DNA from: Achromobacter deleyi
Lineage (GTDB): Bacteria > Pseudomonadota > Gammaproteobacteria > Burkholderiales > Burkholderiaceae_B
DNA length: 32,000 nucleotides
Reading direction: 5' to 3'
Assembly: GCA_040391965.1 (NCBI GenBank)
Contig: JBEBWV010000032.1
Coordinates: 16,519 to 48,518, forward strand
Below the pieces are notes generated by a model. It was not told the origin of the DNA. It searched no databases and saw only the letters and a list, made by a program, of their open reading frames with translations. This document shows, in pieces, positions 1 to 8,403 of the stretch. The first letter of the stretch is position 1; each line of letters opens with the position of its first letter. Made by a program: the position numbers and the translations under genes.

Positions 1-579
1 ATCACCGCCCGTCACTGGTGCATTCTGGCCGACGATTTCACCCTCTTCCGAGGTGGCGTCCGCAGTGGGGAAGCTCATCTGGGCGCCCGTACCTGTGCGG
101 AACACAGTCGCGGCCTGGCGCACGCCACCCATGAGCTTCATCGCCTCGGTCAGTTGGCGGTGATATTCCTGCGCTACCGTATAGCCGCCCTCGCTACTGG
201 TTGTGGTTGACATTGCCGCCCGAATATCGGGATTCACCCGAGCATTCATGGCATTGCGCTGCTCTGGCGACAACGCCGACAAACCCTGCGCCAAGAACGA
301 GCGCAGCGCCGCAGCTTCCGGACGATTGCCATCACCGCCCGAACGCGTTGCGGCGTCCAGTGCGTGATCGTGTTCAGCCTGGGTGTCGCCCGCAACCTGG
401 GTAAGGCGGTTCTCGCGCGTGATTTCAGCGTCAATTGCCTCGATCTCCGCCAAGATGGCGTCCAGTTTTTCGCCATCAGTGACCGGCATGCGCTGGTCAG
501 CGGCGTATTTAGCGTTCAGCGCTTGTGCGGCTGCCGCCTTGGCATTGCGTTGCTCGCGCAGTTTTGCAAGTTTGTTCAC
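1..579 (-). CDS. Major capsid protein, HK97 family (N-terminal part; gene runs off the left edge)
   Basis: Absent from the ORF track. GTG start at 577-579 is preceded by AAGGAAG. My minus-strand translation is VNKLAKLREQRNAKAAAAQALNAKY...NPDIRAAMSTTTSSEGGYTVAQEYH.... It has a coiled-coil delta-domain-like N-terminus and sits right after portal and protease. Confidence 0.8.
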   Translation of the reverse strand, partial: MNKLAKLREQRNAKAAAAQALNAKYAADQRMPVTDGEKLDAILAEIEAIDAEITRENRLTQVAGDTQAEHDHALDAATRSGGDGNRPEAAALRSFLAQGLSALSPEQRNAMNARVNPDIRAAMSTTTSSEGGYTVAQEYHRQLTEAMKLMGGVRQAATVFRTGTGAQMSFPTADATSEEGEIVGQNAPVTGGD

Positions 580-601
580 TTGAACTTCCTTTATATAGAC
601 G

Positions 602-625
602 TAAAAAAACCGCCTGCAGGCGGTT
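602..625 (-). terminator. Rho-independent-type hairpin between the protease and capsid genes
   Basis: Minus strand reads CCGCC-TGCA-GGCGG followed by a run of 7 T (A603-609 on plus). Confidence 0.5.
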
Positions 626-649
626 GGTTGGGTCTGATGCGCGAGGGCG

Positions 650-1432
650 CTACAGAATTTCTACAGCGGCAAGCCGCATTCGTTGTTGCTGGCGCGCCCG
701 GTGCTCCGCAGCGATGTGCGGCACTTCCGGAGGGGCTTGCACAGGCGGAGCGGCGGGATCTGAGGCTGGCGCGCCCGCGAACGCAGCCAGGCTCCAGCGA
801 GAGCGCGCATCTACGCGACGACCTGCCGCATTCACCGCGCTAGCGAATCCCGCCTCGACGGCCTCCTCTGCGGTAAACCACGTTTCGGCATCCATCCACG
901 CCACAATTTCCTCACGACTCTTGCCAGTCTTAGCCTGGTAGGCATCGATCATGCCGGCATCCACTTTGTCCATCAGCCCTGCTTGCGCCAGCAGGTCTTG
1001 CTTATTTCCGTAGGCCAGGCCGTGACAGTTGTGGATCATGAACAACGACCCAGGCTCCATAGTCAGCTCGTCACAGATGGACGCGATGCCCGTGGCGGCA
1101 CTCGCAGCAACGCCATCGACCTGACCCACCAGTCGCGCCTTTTGATTGCGCAGCGCGTTCATGATCGCTTGCATGGCGAATACGTCACCGCCCGGGCAGT
1201 TGATCCGTAGGCGAATCGTGTCGGACGTAATGCCGTCAATCTGTGGCACAAGGTCTTGCGCGCACACGCATCCGAAATATTCAGCGGTCGCCCGGTCGCC
1301 CACGATAGGGTCATAGAGGTACAAGACCGACTCGGTGCCATCTTCCGACGCCACAATCTTGGTTTCGACGGGCTTACCAGCGCGGCGCGAATCAGCGAGT
1401 AGCTGTAGTAGTTTGCGCATCTGCGCCTCCAT
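650..1432 (-). CDS. Prohead (head maturation) protease, ClpP/S49-like, with C-terminal scaffold-like tail
   Basis: 260 aa with ClpP-like core (INCPGGDVFAMQAI..., FMIHNCHGLAYGN). Lies between the portal and capsid genes. Confidence 0.85.
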   Translation of the reverse strand: MEAQMRKLLQLLADSRRAGKPVETKIVASEDGTESVLYLYDPIVGDRATAEYFGCVCAQDLVPQIDGITSDTIRLRINCPGGDVFAMQAIMNALRNQKARLVGQVDGVAASAATGIASICDELTMEPGSLFMIHNCHGLAYGNKQDLLAQAGLMDKVDAGMIDAYQAKTGKSREEIVAWMDAETWFTAEEAVEAGFASAVNAAGRRVDARSRWSLAAFAGAPASDPAAPPVQAPPEVPHIAAEHRARQQQRMRLAAVEIL

Positions 1433-2693
1433 TCATTTTTAAATCAGGGTTGGGCCCTAGGTTTTCCAGGCGCCGCACCTCCTCAGCGTTCATCCATGGT
1501 TCCTCACCGGCGCGCCCCATTGCGATCCGATATGCCTCATTACGTGACTTCAGGTCACCTCTCTCCAATGCCGCCGTGATGTGCTCGACAAAGTACTTCT
1601 GCCGGACTGGCCAGAGCTTGCGATTTAGCTCCTGCGCAACAGGCGTTAGATGGCGCTGCATCGTGTGCTGACGGAACCCCATTCCCTGCTGCTCGATACT
1701 CGATCCCAGGACGGTATTGCCGACGGTATGTCCGACCATGTAAGGGGGCACACCAAAAGGCCGGCACATATCCTCAACCCCAAATTGGCGGGTTGCCAGA
1801 ATTTCAGCGTCTTTGGAGTTCACGCTTAGCTGCGCTGGCTCCAACCCCCCCGAGAGCAGCAGCGGGCCGCGCCCACCTGATTGGGCCCGAGCCATCAATG
1901 ACGCTTTCAGTTCCTTCAATTGCGCCGGGTTTAGTTTCTGGGCAGTCTTGAGAGCATAGTCAAAGGTCGCGCCGCCATTAAAGAACTGTGCCGCGTGGTC
2001 TTGCGCGGCTATCGATGTTCCCACGGCATTTCGAGCGGCATAGGTGATGGCGCTCGGGCTTCTCAGTCCATCAAACCCAAGACTGGGGAAATGAAGGATG
2101 TCAGCGGAATCCAATGTGTATGCGGGCTCCCCTGAGGGCGTAACCCGATATCTCACCCGCCGGCCCTCCCCTTTAAATGGATGCACAGACAAGGGGTGAA
2201 GCGGCTCAAAGCCAATAACGCGACTGCTCATCAGGCTGGGACGAAGCAGTCGGGCAAACCCGTCGCCGTAGAGCAATTTGCTGCTGATCAAATATTCCCA
2301 CGCCGCCGCACTTGTCCATTGCTCGCAGGCTTGCTCATTAAAGAGCCACCAGTACTCGTGATCTGATTTCTGCCGGTCCTTCCCGCTGCGCTCATAGACG
2401 CCCAATGGCATCGAGGCAACTGTGCCGGAGACAAGCGACACGCAGGCATATATTGTTGTTACCTGCAGCGCGCTGGCCGGCGTGACCGCGACGCCCGCCG
2501 CAGACCTTGCCTGCAAGCCCAAAACACTAGCAAGGTCCTCTGGGCTAACTCCATCAACAAAAGAATTCTCCCCGATCGCTTCGATGCCGGCACGCTGCAT
2601 GCCGCCATCGCGGCCGGCGATCCATTGATCAAGCACCCGCGAGCGGTGCTGCGGGGCAATCTGCGCCGAGACTTCAGCGGTCATATCAATCAT
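1392..2693 (-). CDS. Phage portal protein, HK97 family
   Basis: 433 aa. Lies immediately downstream of TerL with an 8-nt overlap. Size and sequence character are typical of portals. Confidence 0.9.
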   Translation of the reverse strand: MIDMTAEVSAQIAPQHRSRVLDQWIAGRDGGMQRAGIEAIGENSFVDGVSPEDLASVLGLQARSAAGVAVTPASALQVTTIYACVSLVSGTVASMPLGVYERSGKDRQKSDHEYWWLFNEQACEQWTSAAAWEYLISSKLLYGDGFARLLRPSLMSSRVIGFEPLHPLSVHPFKGEGRRVRYRVTPSGEPAYTLDSADILHFPSLGFDGLRSPSAITYAARNAVGTSIAAQDHAAQFFNGGATFDYALKTAQKLNPAQLKELKASLMARAQSGGRGPLLLSGGLEPAQLSVNSKDAEILATRQFGVEDMCRPFGVPPYMVGHTVGNTVLGSSIEQQGMGFRQHTMQRHLTPVAQELNRKLWPVRQKYFVEHITAALERGDLKSRNEAYRIAMGRAGEEPWMNAEEVRRLENLGPNPDLKMNGGADAQTTTATR

Positions 2694-4356
2694 CCAATGA
2701 ATAGATGGCCGGTGGCGCCAGGTCTTGACCTGGGTTCAGGGCCATCAGTGAAATAGCGTTAAACGCCGCCATGACCGGATCGATCTTGGCGGTGCCTGAG
2801 GCCTGCTTCGTAATTAGGATTGCGTTGCCGCGAGGTTCAACCTTGCAGTTCCCAACGCTCCAAGCCATGAGCGGCTGACCGCAATGCACCAACACGCCTT
2901 CGGCGAGCTTGCGCTCTGCTGTTTTGATTGCGCCCCCGAGCTTCCATCCTTGCGAGATCCCCAGGATTTTGTCGGCAGGTATGTCACGTTCAGCTAGCGC
3001 ATCCAAGATGCCGCCAAGGCCGGATGGGTCGACGCCGATCCTGTCTAACAGGCCGGTCTCCTCAACGCGGGCCACTATGTCGGCCACACCATCGGTGTCG
3101 TCACCGATACGGGCCACAAGCGACAAATCACCGTCGTTCGCAAAGTCGTGAAAACGTGCAGCCTCGGCCTTGCGGCGCTCAAGCACAGACGGGTGTGCCC
3201 AAGCGTGAGTCCAAAGAAGCCAACGCCGCGTGGTAGCACATCGGCCTAGGACGGCCAGCCCGAGCAAGTCGTCCAGCCCGCCTCCATCAATCCCGATGCA
3301 AATGACTTCTGAGCGTTCAAGTACGGACTCAAGGGTCAAGCCCTCCTCCGCCTGACGCTCCCAGTAGTCAGCGCCCGCCCAACGATCGGAACGTAAGGCC
3401 AGGCCGATTTCCACGTTCAGATGCTTGGCCATGAAACCCCGCACAGACTCTTCGCTTGTGTTCCCGGCCTTCTTGAACTCTCGTTCCAGATACTCTCGGT
3501 CTACCGAGTAACCCATGTTCGGGTTGACCATTGCGAAGTTGACAGGGTCTCGATGCCCACCGGCGGCGATCATCGCAGCAGGAAACTCATAGATGATGGG
3601 TACAAAGCTCGGATCATGAATGACGCCATCGCGCACGTCGCGGGCGTACTGCAATTTCTGCTTAAAGACGCCTGCCGGTGGATCATCAGATTGGGTTGTG
3701 AGATAAATCACGAAGCCCTCAGGACGCGACGCGAGACCGCCCATCGCTTCCCGCAGCATGTTTTCCGCATCAGGCCGTTTACCGAACAGCCAAAGCTCAT
3801 CGATGAGCGTACCGACGCCCTTTGTCCCCCCCACAGTACTGCTATCCGCAGCTAGCACCTGCAACGCGGCGCGTGTTTCGCGGTGCGTGATCGTGCGAAT
3901 GTGCGTCTGAACATGCATTAGAGCGTTCAGCTCTTCGTCCACATTCTCACTGCACATGTCGCGGGCTGGCGAATAGCTGTTGTCCGCGATCTTGATGGTT
4001 GGCGCCAGGATATTGAATGACGCCGACATACGCCAGTTAACCAAGATGGCGGTCAACATAATTCCTGCGGCGATTGTCGACTTCGAATTCTTTTTCGGAA
4101 TCAGTATGAACCACTCTCGAATCAGCCGGCGGCCGCTATCGGTGTCATACGCGCCAAAGATCGAGGCAACAATGTCAAATACCCATTGCGCGCATGACTC
4201 CCCGAAAGTTGGACTGCCCGGCGCATCAACGATGCGCAACGATTTGAATATGGCAACTGCCTGCGCTGCCGCCTCGGGGAAAATCGGCGGCGGAATGATC
4301 GAATCGCCGGCGCGCAACCGTTCCGCCCAGTCTGGGCAAGCGGTGGACCATTGCAT
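2686..4356 (-). CDS. terL: Terminase large subunit
   Basis: 556 aa. N-terminus MQWSTACPDWAERLRAGDSIIPPPIFPEAA is typical of Terminase_1-type TerL. Lies between TerS and the portal. Confidence 0.9.
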   Translation of the reverse strand: MQWSTACPDWAERLRAGDSIIPPPIFPEAAAQAVAIFKSLRIVDAPGSPTFGESCAQWVFDIVASIFGAYDTDSGRRLIREWFILIPKKNSKSTIAAGIMLTAILVNWRMSASFNILAPTIKIADNSYSPARDMCSENVDEELNALMHVQTHIRTITHRETRAALQVLAADSSTVGGTKGVGTLIDELWLFGKRPDAENMLREAMGGLASRPEGFVIYLTTQSDDPPAGVFKQKLQYARDVRDGVIHDPSFVPIIYEFPAAMIAAGGHRDPVNFAMVNPNMGYSVDREYLEREFKKAGNTSEESVRGFMAKHLNVEIGLALRSDRWAGADYWERQAEEGLTLESVLERSEVICIGIDGGGLDDLLGLAVLGRCATTRRWLLWTHAWAHPSVLERRKAEAARFHDFANDGDLSLVARIGDDTDGVADIVARVEETGLLDRIGVDPSGLGGILDALAERDIPADKILGISQGWKLGGAIKTAERKLAEGVLVHCGQPLMAWSVGNCKVEPRGNAILITKQASGTAKIDPVMAAFNAISLMALNPGQDLAPPAIYSLDD

Positions 4357-4359
4357 AAG

Positions 4360-4860
4360 TTATTTCCCGCCGTTGATCATGCGCAGCGGCGGCGCGGGTG
4401 GCGCAAATCTGCCTGTCGCAACCGCGCCAGCAGCTGCCTTGCCCGCTTCTTTTTTGCCTTGATCACCCAGTTTCTTGTGGGCGTAAGGCATCAACGATTT
4501 CGCTGCCTCAAGCCGCAGCTTGGGATCTTCTTCGATGTCATTCATGATCGCCACAAGCACGTCCTTGGGATCAGACGTCAAGCCAAGTGCGGCAAGACCG
4601 ACCTTAGGTAATTGCACCACCTCGCCACCAGATGACTCCGATTGCTCGGCAGTTGGCGGGGTGGGAGCGGCAGGCGGCAATTCCGGCGCTGCCTCCGTTT
4701 TGCGATCCAGCGCAGCCAACACATCGGGGTGCTTGGCGAGCCTTGACCCCGCCTGGGATGCTGTCGCTTCACTGTATCCAGCCGCGATTGCTGCGTCTTT
4801 GTTGGACGCACCTCGGGCCAAGGCTTCAACAAACTTGCGTTGTTTACTTGTTAAAGCCAT
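4360..4860 (-). CDS. terS: Terminase small subunit (Terminase_2-like HTH N-terminus)
   Basis: N-terminus MALTSKQRKFVEALARGASNKDAAIAAGYSEATASQAGSRL. Lies directly upstream of terL. Confidence 0.75.
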   Translation of the reverse strand: MALTSKQRKFVEALARGASNKDAAIAAGYSEATASQAGSRLAKHPDVLAALDRKTEAAPELPPAAPTPPTAEQSESSGGEVVQLPKVGLAALGLTSDPKDVLVAIMNDIEEDPKLRLEAAKSLMPYAHKKLGDQGKKEAGKAAAGAVATGRFAPPAPPLRMINGGK

Positions 4861-4917
4861 TAACAGATCCTGAAATCGGGGGTATTTTCTGCGCGTGCGG
4901 GAATAGTCGGTCTAGAG

Positions 4918-4957
4918 TCCCTGCCCCCTCCATTTTTAGACCCCCCCCTGCCCTCCC
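4918..4957. repeat. Two C-rich direct repeats (CCCTGCCC(CC)TCC) in the HNH-terS intergenic region; possible cos / terminase-binding region
   Basis: TCCCTGCCCCCTCC at 4918-4931 and CCCTGCCCTCCC at 4946-4957, separated by ATTTTTAGA. The position matches cos of HNH-dependent HK97-like packaging modules. Confidence 0.25.
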
Positions 4958-4998
4958 ACGATGGGGCTAGGGCTTGCGGAGAGGGCACCAGGGCGCGA

Positions 4999-5343
4999 TC
5001 ACATGCCAGATGATCGCTCTTCCTGCCTCTTCACCACGTCGTGGCAGGGCGCGCATAGAGGCTGCCAGTTGCTCTCGTCCCAGAATAGATTTTGGTCACC
5101 ACGATGGGGGATGATGTGATCGACCACCGACGCAAGCACGCCAACCAACCCATTGCGTTGGCAGTAGCAGCACATTGGATGCTCTCGCAGAAATAGTGCT
5201 CGCCCTTTCTGCCAGCGATATCCGTACCCTCGCTGCGTGCTGGTCTGCTTGTCAGCCCGCCAACTCACCGACTCAACGATGCGCCCGCGAGAGGGAGCCA
5301 TCTGAATGGACGGCTTCAATGTTGCAAGCTTCGGACGGCCCAT
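4999..5343 (-). CDS. Phage-associated HNH endonuclease (packaging accessory)
   Basis: Motifs CCYCQ...VDHIIPHRGDQNLFWDESNWQPLCAPCH. A TAATG overlap with the upstream gene favours the start at 5343; an alternative ATG is at 5352. Confidence 0.85.
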   Translation of the reverse strand: MGRPKLATLKPSIQMAPSRGRIVESVSWRADKQTSTQRGYGYRWQKGRALFLREHPMCCYCQRNGLVGVLASVVDHIIPHRGDQNLFWDESNWQPLCAPCHDVVKRQEERSSGM

Positions 5344-5597
5344 TACTGCCATTGCCTCACCAGCTCAATGTCTACGCGGCCATGCAACCGGCGCATAACC
5401 ACACTTTCGCGGCGTGCGTTCAACATGTACTCACCGTCTGGCCCTAACGCACTCAACAGCACAAAGCCGCGCCGAGTGTCCGCAGTGAAGCAGCGATGCT
5501 GCTCAATCCCATTCAAGCGCACGCGGACCAAGACATTGCGAGGCATCGCTTTGTATGCTCGATGGCCAGGGTCGCCCTTTCGTACTGATAGCCGCAT
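5343..5597 (-). CDS. Hypothetical phage protein (84 aa)
   Basis: ATG at 5595-5597 is preceded by GAGGAATAAACCA. Translationally coupled to the HNH gene. The longer ORF-track version (to 5714) has no RBS. Confidence 0.5.
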   Translation of the reverse strand: MRLSVRKGDPGHRAYKAMPRNVLVRVRLNGIEQHRCFTADTRRGFVLLSALGPDGEYMLNARRESVVMRRLHGRVDIELVRQWQ

Positions 5598-5759
5598 TGG
5601 TTTATTCCTCGTGTTGATCTTGCCGGGTGCCACCAACAGCACGCCGCCCGGCGGCGACGATCCCATACCCACGCACTCCCCAGCGCGTGGCCCTCGGTGG
5701 CAAAGGGGCAACAAAAAGCCCCGCGCGATTTCTCGGGCAGGGCAGAATATTTATCTCGA

Positions 5760-5796
5760 TGTGTACCGTACACACTAATAGTGTGTATAATACACA
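5760..5796 (+). promoter_or_regulatory. hicAB promoter/operator: two TGTGTA-N3-TACACA inverted repeats, the second containing TATAAT
   Basis: TGTGTACCGTACACA at 5760-5774 and TGTGTATAATACACA at 5782-5796. TATAAT at 5786-5791 lies 8 nt before the hicA ATG. Confidence 0.5.
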
Positions 5797-5798
5797 TC

Positions 5799-5981
5799 AT
5801 GGACAGCAAAGACTTAATCAAACAACTTGAGCGGGATGGTTGGGTTTTGCAAAACGTGAAGGGTTCGCACCACGTTTACCGCCATCCAAACAAACCGGGG
5901 CACATAAGCGTCCCACACCCTAAAAAGGATTTCGGCCCTGGCATAACCCACAAACTACTCAAGCAAGCTGGCCTTAAATGA
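5799..5981 (+). CDS. hicA: HicA family mRNA-interferase toxin
   Basis: 60 aa: MDSKDLIKQLERDGWVLQNVKGSHHVYRHPNKPGHISVPHPKKDFGPGITHKLLKQAGL, the canonical HicA pattern. Confidence 0.9.
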   Translation: MDSKDLIKQLERDGWVLQNVKGSHHVYRHPNKPGHISVPHPKKDFGPGITHKLLKQAGLK

Positions 5982-6024
5982 ACAACACCCCGGCAGTGCC
6001 GGGGATTCTCCTATCGAGGATCGT

Positions 6025-6417
6025 ATGAAATACCCTATCGCCATTGAACCTGGCAACGACACTCAAGCCTGGGGTGTTGTTGTCCCTGATCTGCCTGGCT
6101 GCTTCTCTGCCGCAGATGAAGGAATTGACCAGGCAATTGAGAATGCCAAGGAAGCAATTGAGGCTTGGATTGAGGCCGCAATGGATAGCGGCGATCCCGT
6201 TCCAGCACCCAGCAGTATCACGGCGCTGCAAGCGGATCCTGAGTACGCAGGATGGATCTGGGCGATTGTTGAGATCAACCCGGCTGTGCTGGATGAAACC
6301 ATCGAGCGAATCAACATCACGCTGCCGCGCCGAATCCTTGCCCGCCTTGACTCCAAGGCACGTGCCGCCGGTGAAAGCCGCTCCGGCTACATCGCCCACA
6401 TGGCACTCACTCGCTAG
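6025..6417 (+). CDS. hicB: HicB family antitoxin with C-terminal RHH (CopG-like) domain
   Basis: MKYPIAIEPGNDTQAWGVVVPDLPGCFSAADEGIDQAIENAKEAIEAWIE... and C-terminal INITLPRRILARLDSKA.... Confidence 0.9.
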   Translation: MKYPIAIEPGNDTQAWGVVVPDLPGCFSAADEGIDQAIENAKEAIEAWIEAAMDSGDPVPAPSSITALQADPEYAGWIWAIVEINPAVLDETIERINITLPRRILARLDSKARAAGESRSGYIAHMALTR

Positions 6418-6425
6418 CCTCAACC

Positions 6426-7103
6426 ATGCCCATTACCGACGATGTTGAAGAGAAACTGCGCCGTAACCTCATGGTGTTTTCAATAACCGTAATGATGGCC
6501 TGGTGGCTGGGGCTCAAAGTGCCCTCAATCGCAGCCCTGGTCGACCCCAAGCTTCTTTCAGTTGACGCTCCGAGCAGGATCTGGGGAGCGGCTGCGGCAC
6601 TTCTTATCTACTGCTTGCTTCGCTATCACTTTAGCGAGGGACGCGTAAAGCAATCAGAATTGATGCGAGAGGCAATTGCTGAGCGCAGGGAGCGACCAGT
6701 CAAGAGATACCTACAAAAGCTAGTAGCGAAAAAACACAACGACAGTAACCGCTCAACTTATGAGCACTCTAAGGCATTGAACCCTACCGCACCGACTCTC
6801 GAATCATCACCAGAGATCGTGCATTGGAGGACATTCAAAATTGTTCGATTCAATAGACTGGACACCATCTTCGGCACTTATCGATACAAGTCGGATCAAG
6901 ACACACCCGGTGATTTTGAGTATCGATACCCATACGAGGATTACTCAACAAGCTATCAATTGCCTAAAGCAAGGGCATGGGCTAGCGAAGGTTTTGCGCT
7001 CCTCACATCCACATTTGCTTCGCGGGGGGCGCTCGAAATTTACATGCCGTATTTACTTGCTATCTGCGCGTTGATCGTCAGCTTAAGTATGGCTTGGCAA
7101 TAA
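6426..7103 (+). CDS. Hypothetical membrane protein (2 N-terminal and 1 C-terminal predicted TM segments)
   Basis: 225 aa. Hydrophobic stretches FSITVMMAWWLGL, IWGAAAALLIYCLL and YLLAICALIVSLSMAW. Visibly AT-richer than the phage backbone. Confidence 0.6.
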   Translation: MPITDDVEEKLRRNLMVFSITVMMAWWLGLKVPSIAALVDPKLLSVDAPSRIWGAAAALLIYCLLRYHFSEGRVKQSELMREAIAERRERPVKRYLQKLVAKKHNDSNRSTYEHSKALNPTAPTLESSPEIVHWRTFKIVRFNRLDTIFGTYRYKSDQDTPGDFEYRYPYEDYSTSYQLPKARAWASEGFALLTSTFASRGALEIYMPYLLAICALIVSLSMAWQ

Positions 7104-7134
7104 CGGCAAAACTCCCATCACTCAAAGATGCAAA

Positions 7135-7167
7135 AAGCCCGCTCAATTTCTTGGCGGGCTTTTTTGT
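7135..7167 (+). terminator. Rho-independent terminator
   Basis: AGCCCGC-loop-GCGGGCT followed by TTTTTTG. Confidence 0.7.
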
Positions 7168-7393
7168 ACGCACTGATTCAAAGTGAATAAACTGGGCGTA
7201 ATTTACCATACGACTTAGAAAATCACAATTATGGAAATTTCCTGAGAAACGGTGCCGCGCATCTTCTAGTGCCTTGTTTCCATATTTCTTCCACCCGATA
7301 ATCGACCTACAAAAGAGCCAGAAAATTTTCCTCAATGGCATAATTCCATTCGCTCAGAATTCCGCTAGAGTTCACCCGGTAAGGAGTCAAACA

Positions 7394-8341
7394 TTGGCAA
7401 TCGTTGAATTATTTTCGAAACGTCAGAAGAGTTTGCGGGGTGATGTCCCCGACGTGTACAGCTACGACGAACTCCCACCAACGCTCCGGACGCAAATAAT
7501 CCATATCATGGGTGATGCGCTGGGCGGAGCACGCGAATATTACGGGGGTACCCCAAGAGTTGCTGAAGCGTACAAATTCATCGTGGATACGCTTTGCCGA
7601 GAATATGGCGTGTTTCATTTGCCCGGCACGCCAAATAACATCGGCGGGAATAGAGACAACTTCAAGGATTTAACGGCTTTCCTCCTTCACGAGATCGATA
7701 CGGAACGTACCCTAGACGCGATAGAACTCTCTTTTCTATCGATCAACGTAGCCACGATCAATTGGGATTATCTGCATCGCGCAAATTCTAAAGAGATCGC
7801 CAACGCGGCTATCAATGAATTGAATGCGCGATTCAAAGAGCATGCCATTGGATATCAATACGCCGATCGAAGAATCATTCGCATTGACTCGGAGTTGATA
7901 CACGCCGAAGTTGTAAAGCCCGCTTTGCGCTTACTAAATCAAAAGAACTATGCAGGTGCACAGCAAGAGTTTCTTAAGGCTCATGAACATTACCGGAAGG
8001 GTAACGCCAAGGAGGCTCTTAACGAGTGCCTTAAGTCGTTTGAGAGCTTAATGAAAGCTATTTGCGAAAAAAGGAAATGGATTTGCAAGCAACCACCTAC
8101 TGCAAGCAATCTGATTGATACGTGCCTACAGAACAAGCTTATTCCTGAGTTTTGGCAGCAGAACTTCACTTCGTTGCGCAGTTTGCTCACAAGCAGCATT
8201 CCCTCAGGCAGAAATAAATTGAGTGGGCACGGGCAAGGAACAACAACCACTGAAGTGCCGAACCATCTGGTTGCCTACATGATCCATATGACGGCTTCAA
8301 CCCTCGTCTTCCTAGCTGAAGCTGACGCGTCAGTACCTTAA
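7394..8341 (+). CDS. HEPN / Abi_C-type protein with AbiJ-NTD-like (STM4504/CBY_0614-like) N-terminus; candidate abortive-infection RNase
   Basis: TTG start at 7394 follows AAGGAG (7382-7387); the ORF-track start at 7274 has no RBS. N-terminus AIVELFSKRQKSLRGDVPDVYSYDELPPTLRTQIIHI. C-terminal R-x5-H motif GRNKLSGHG at 8210-8230. Confidence 0.65.
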   Translation: MAIVELFSKRQKSLRGDVPDVYSYDELPPTLRTQIIHIMGDALGGAREYYGGTPRVAEAYKFIVDTLCREYGVFHLPGTPNNIGGNRDNFKDLTAFLLHEIDTERTLDAIELSFLSINVATINWDYLHRANSKEIANAAINELNARFKEHAIGYQYADRRIIRIDSELIHAEVVKPALRLLNQKNYAGAQQEFLKAHEHYRKGNAKEALNECLKSFESLMKAICEKRKWICKQPPTASNLIDTCLQNKLIPEFWQQNFTSLRSLLTSSIPSGRNKLSGHGQGTTTTEVPNHLVAYMIHMTASTLVFLAEADASVP

Positions 8342-8403
8342 CGGGATTCCCCCCCCATGCCGTTTTTGGGAAATTCCCATTTAGGTGGTTTGGTGGCCTA
8401 TGA

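Noticed and set aside
364-941. Plus-strand ORFs 364-843 and 525-941 (159 and 138 aa)
   Set aside because: They are antisense shadows of the capsid and protease genes. The products are R/A/P-rich and low-complexity, while the minus-strand frame gives a convincing HK97-type capsid N-terminus.
2909-4462. Several plus-strand ORFs (2909-3151, 2928-3236, 3421-3855, 3980-4462) inside terL
   Set aside because: They are shadow ORFs of the well-supported minus-strand terminase gene.
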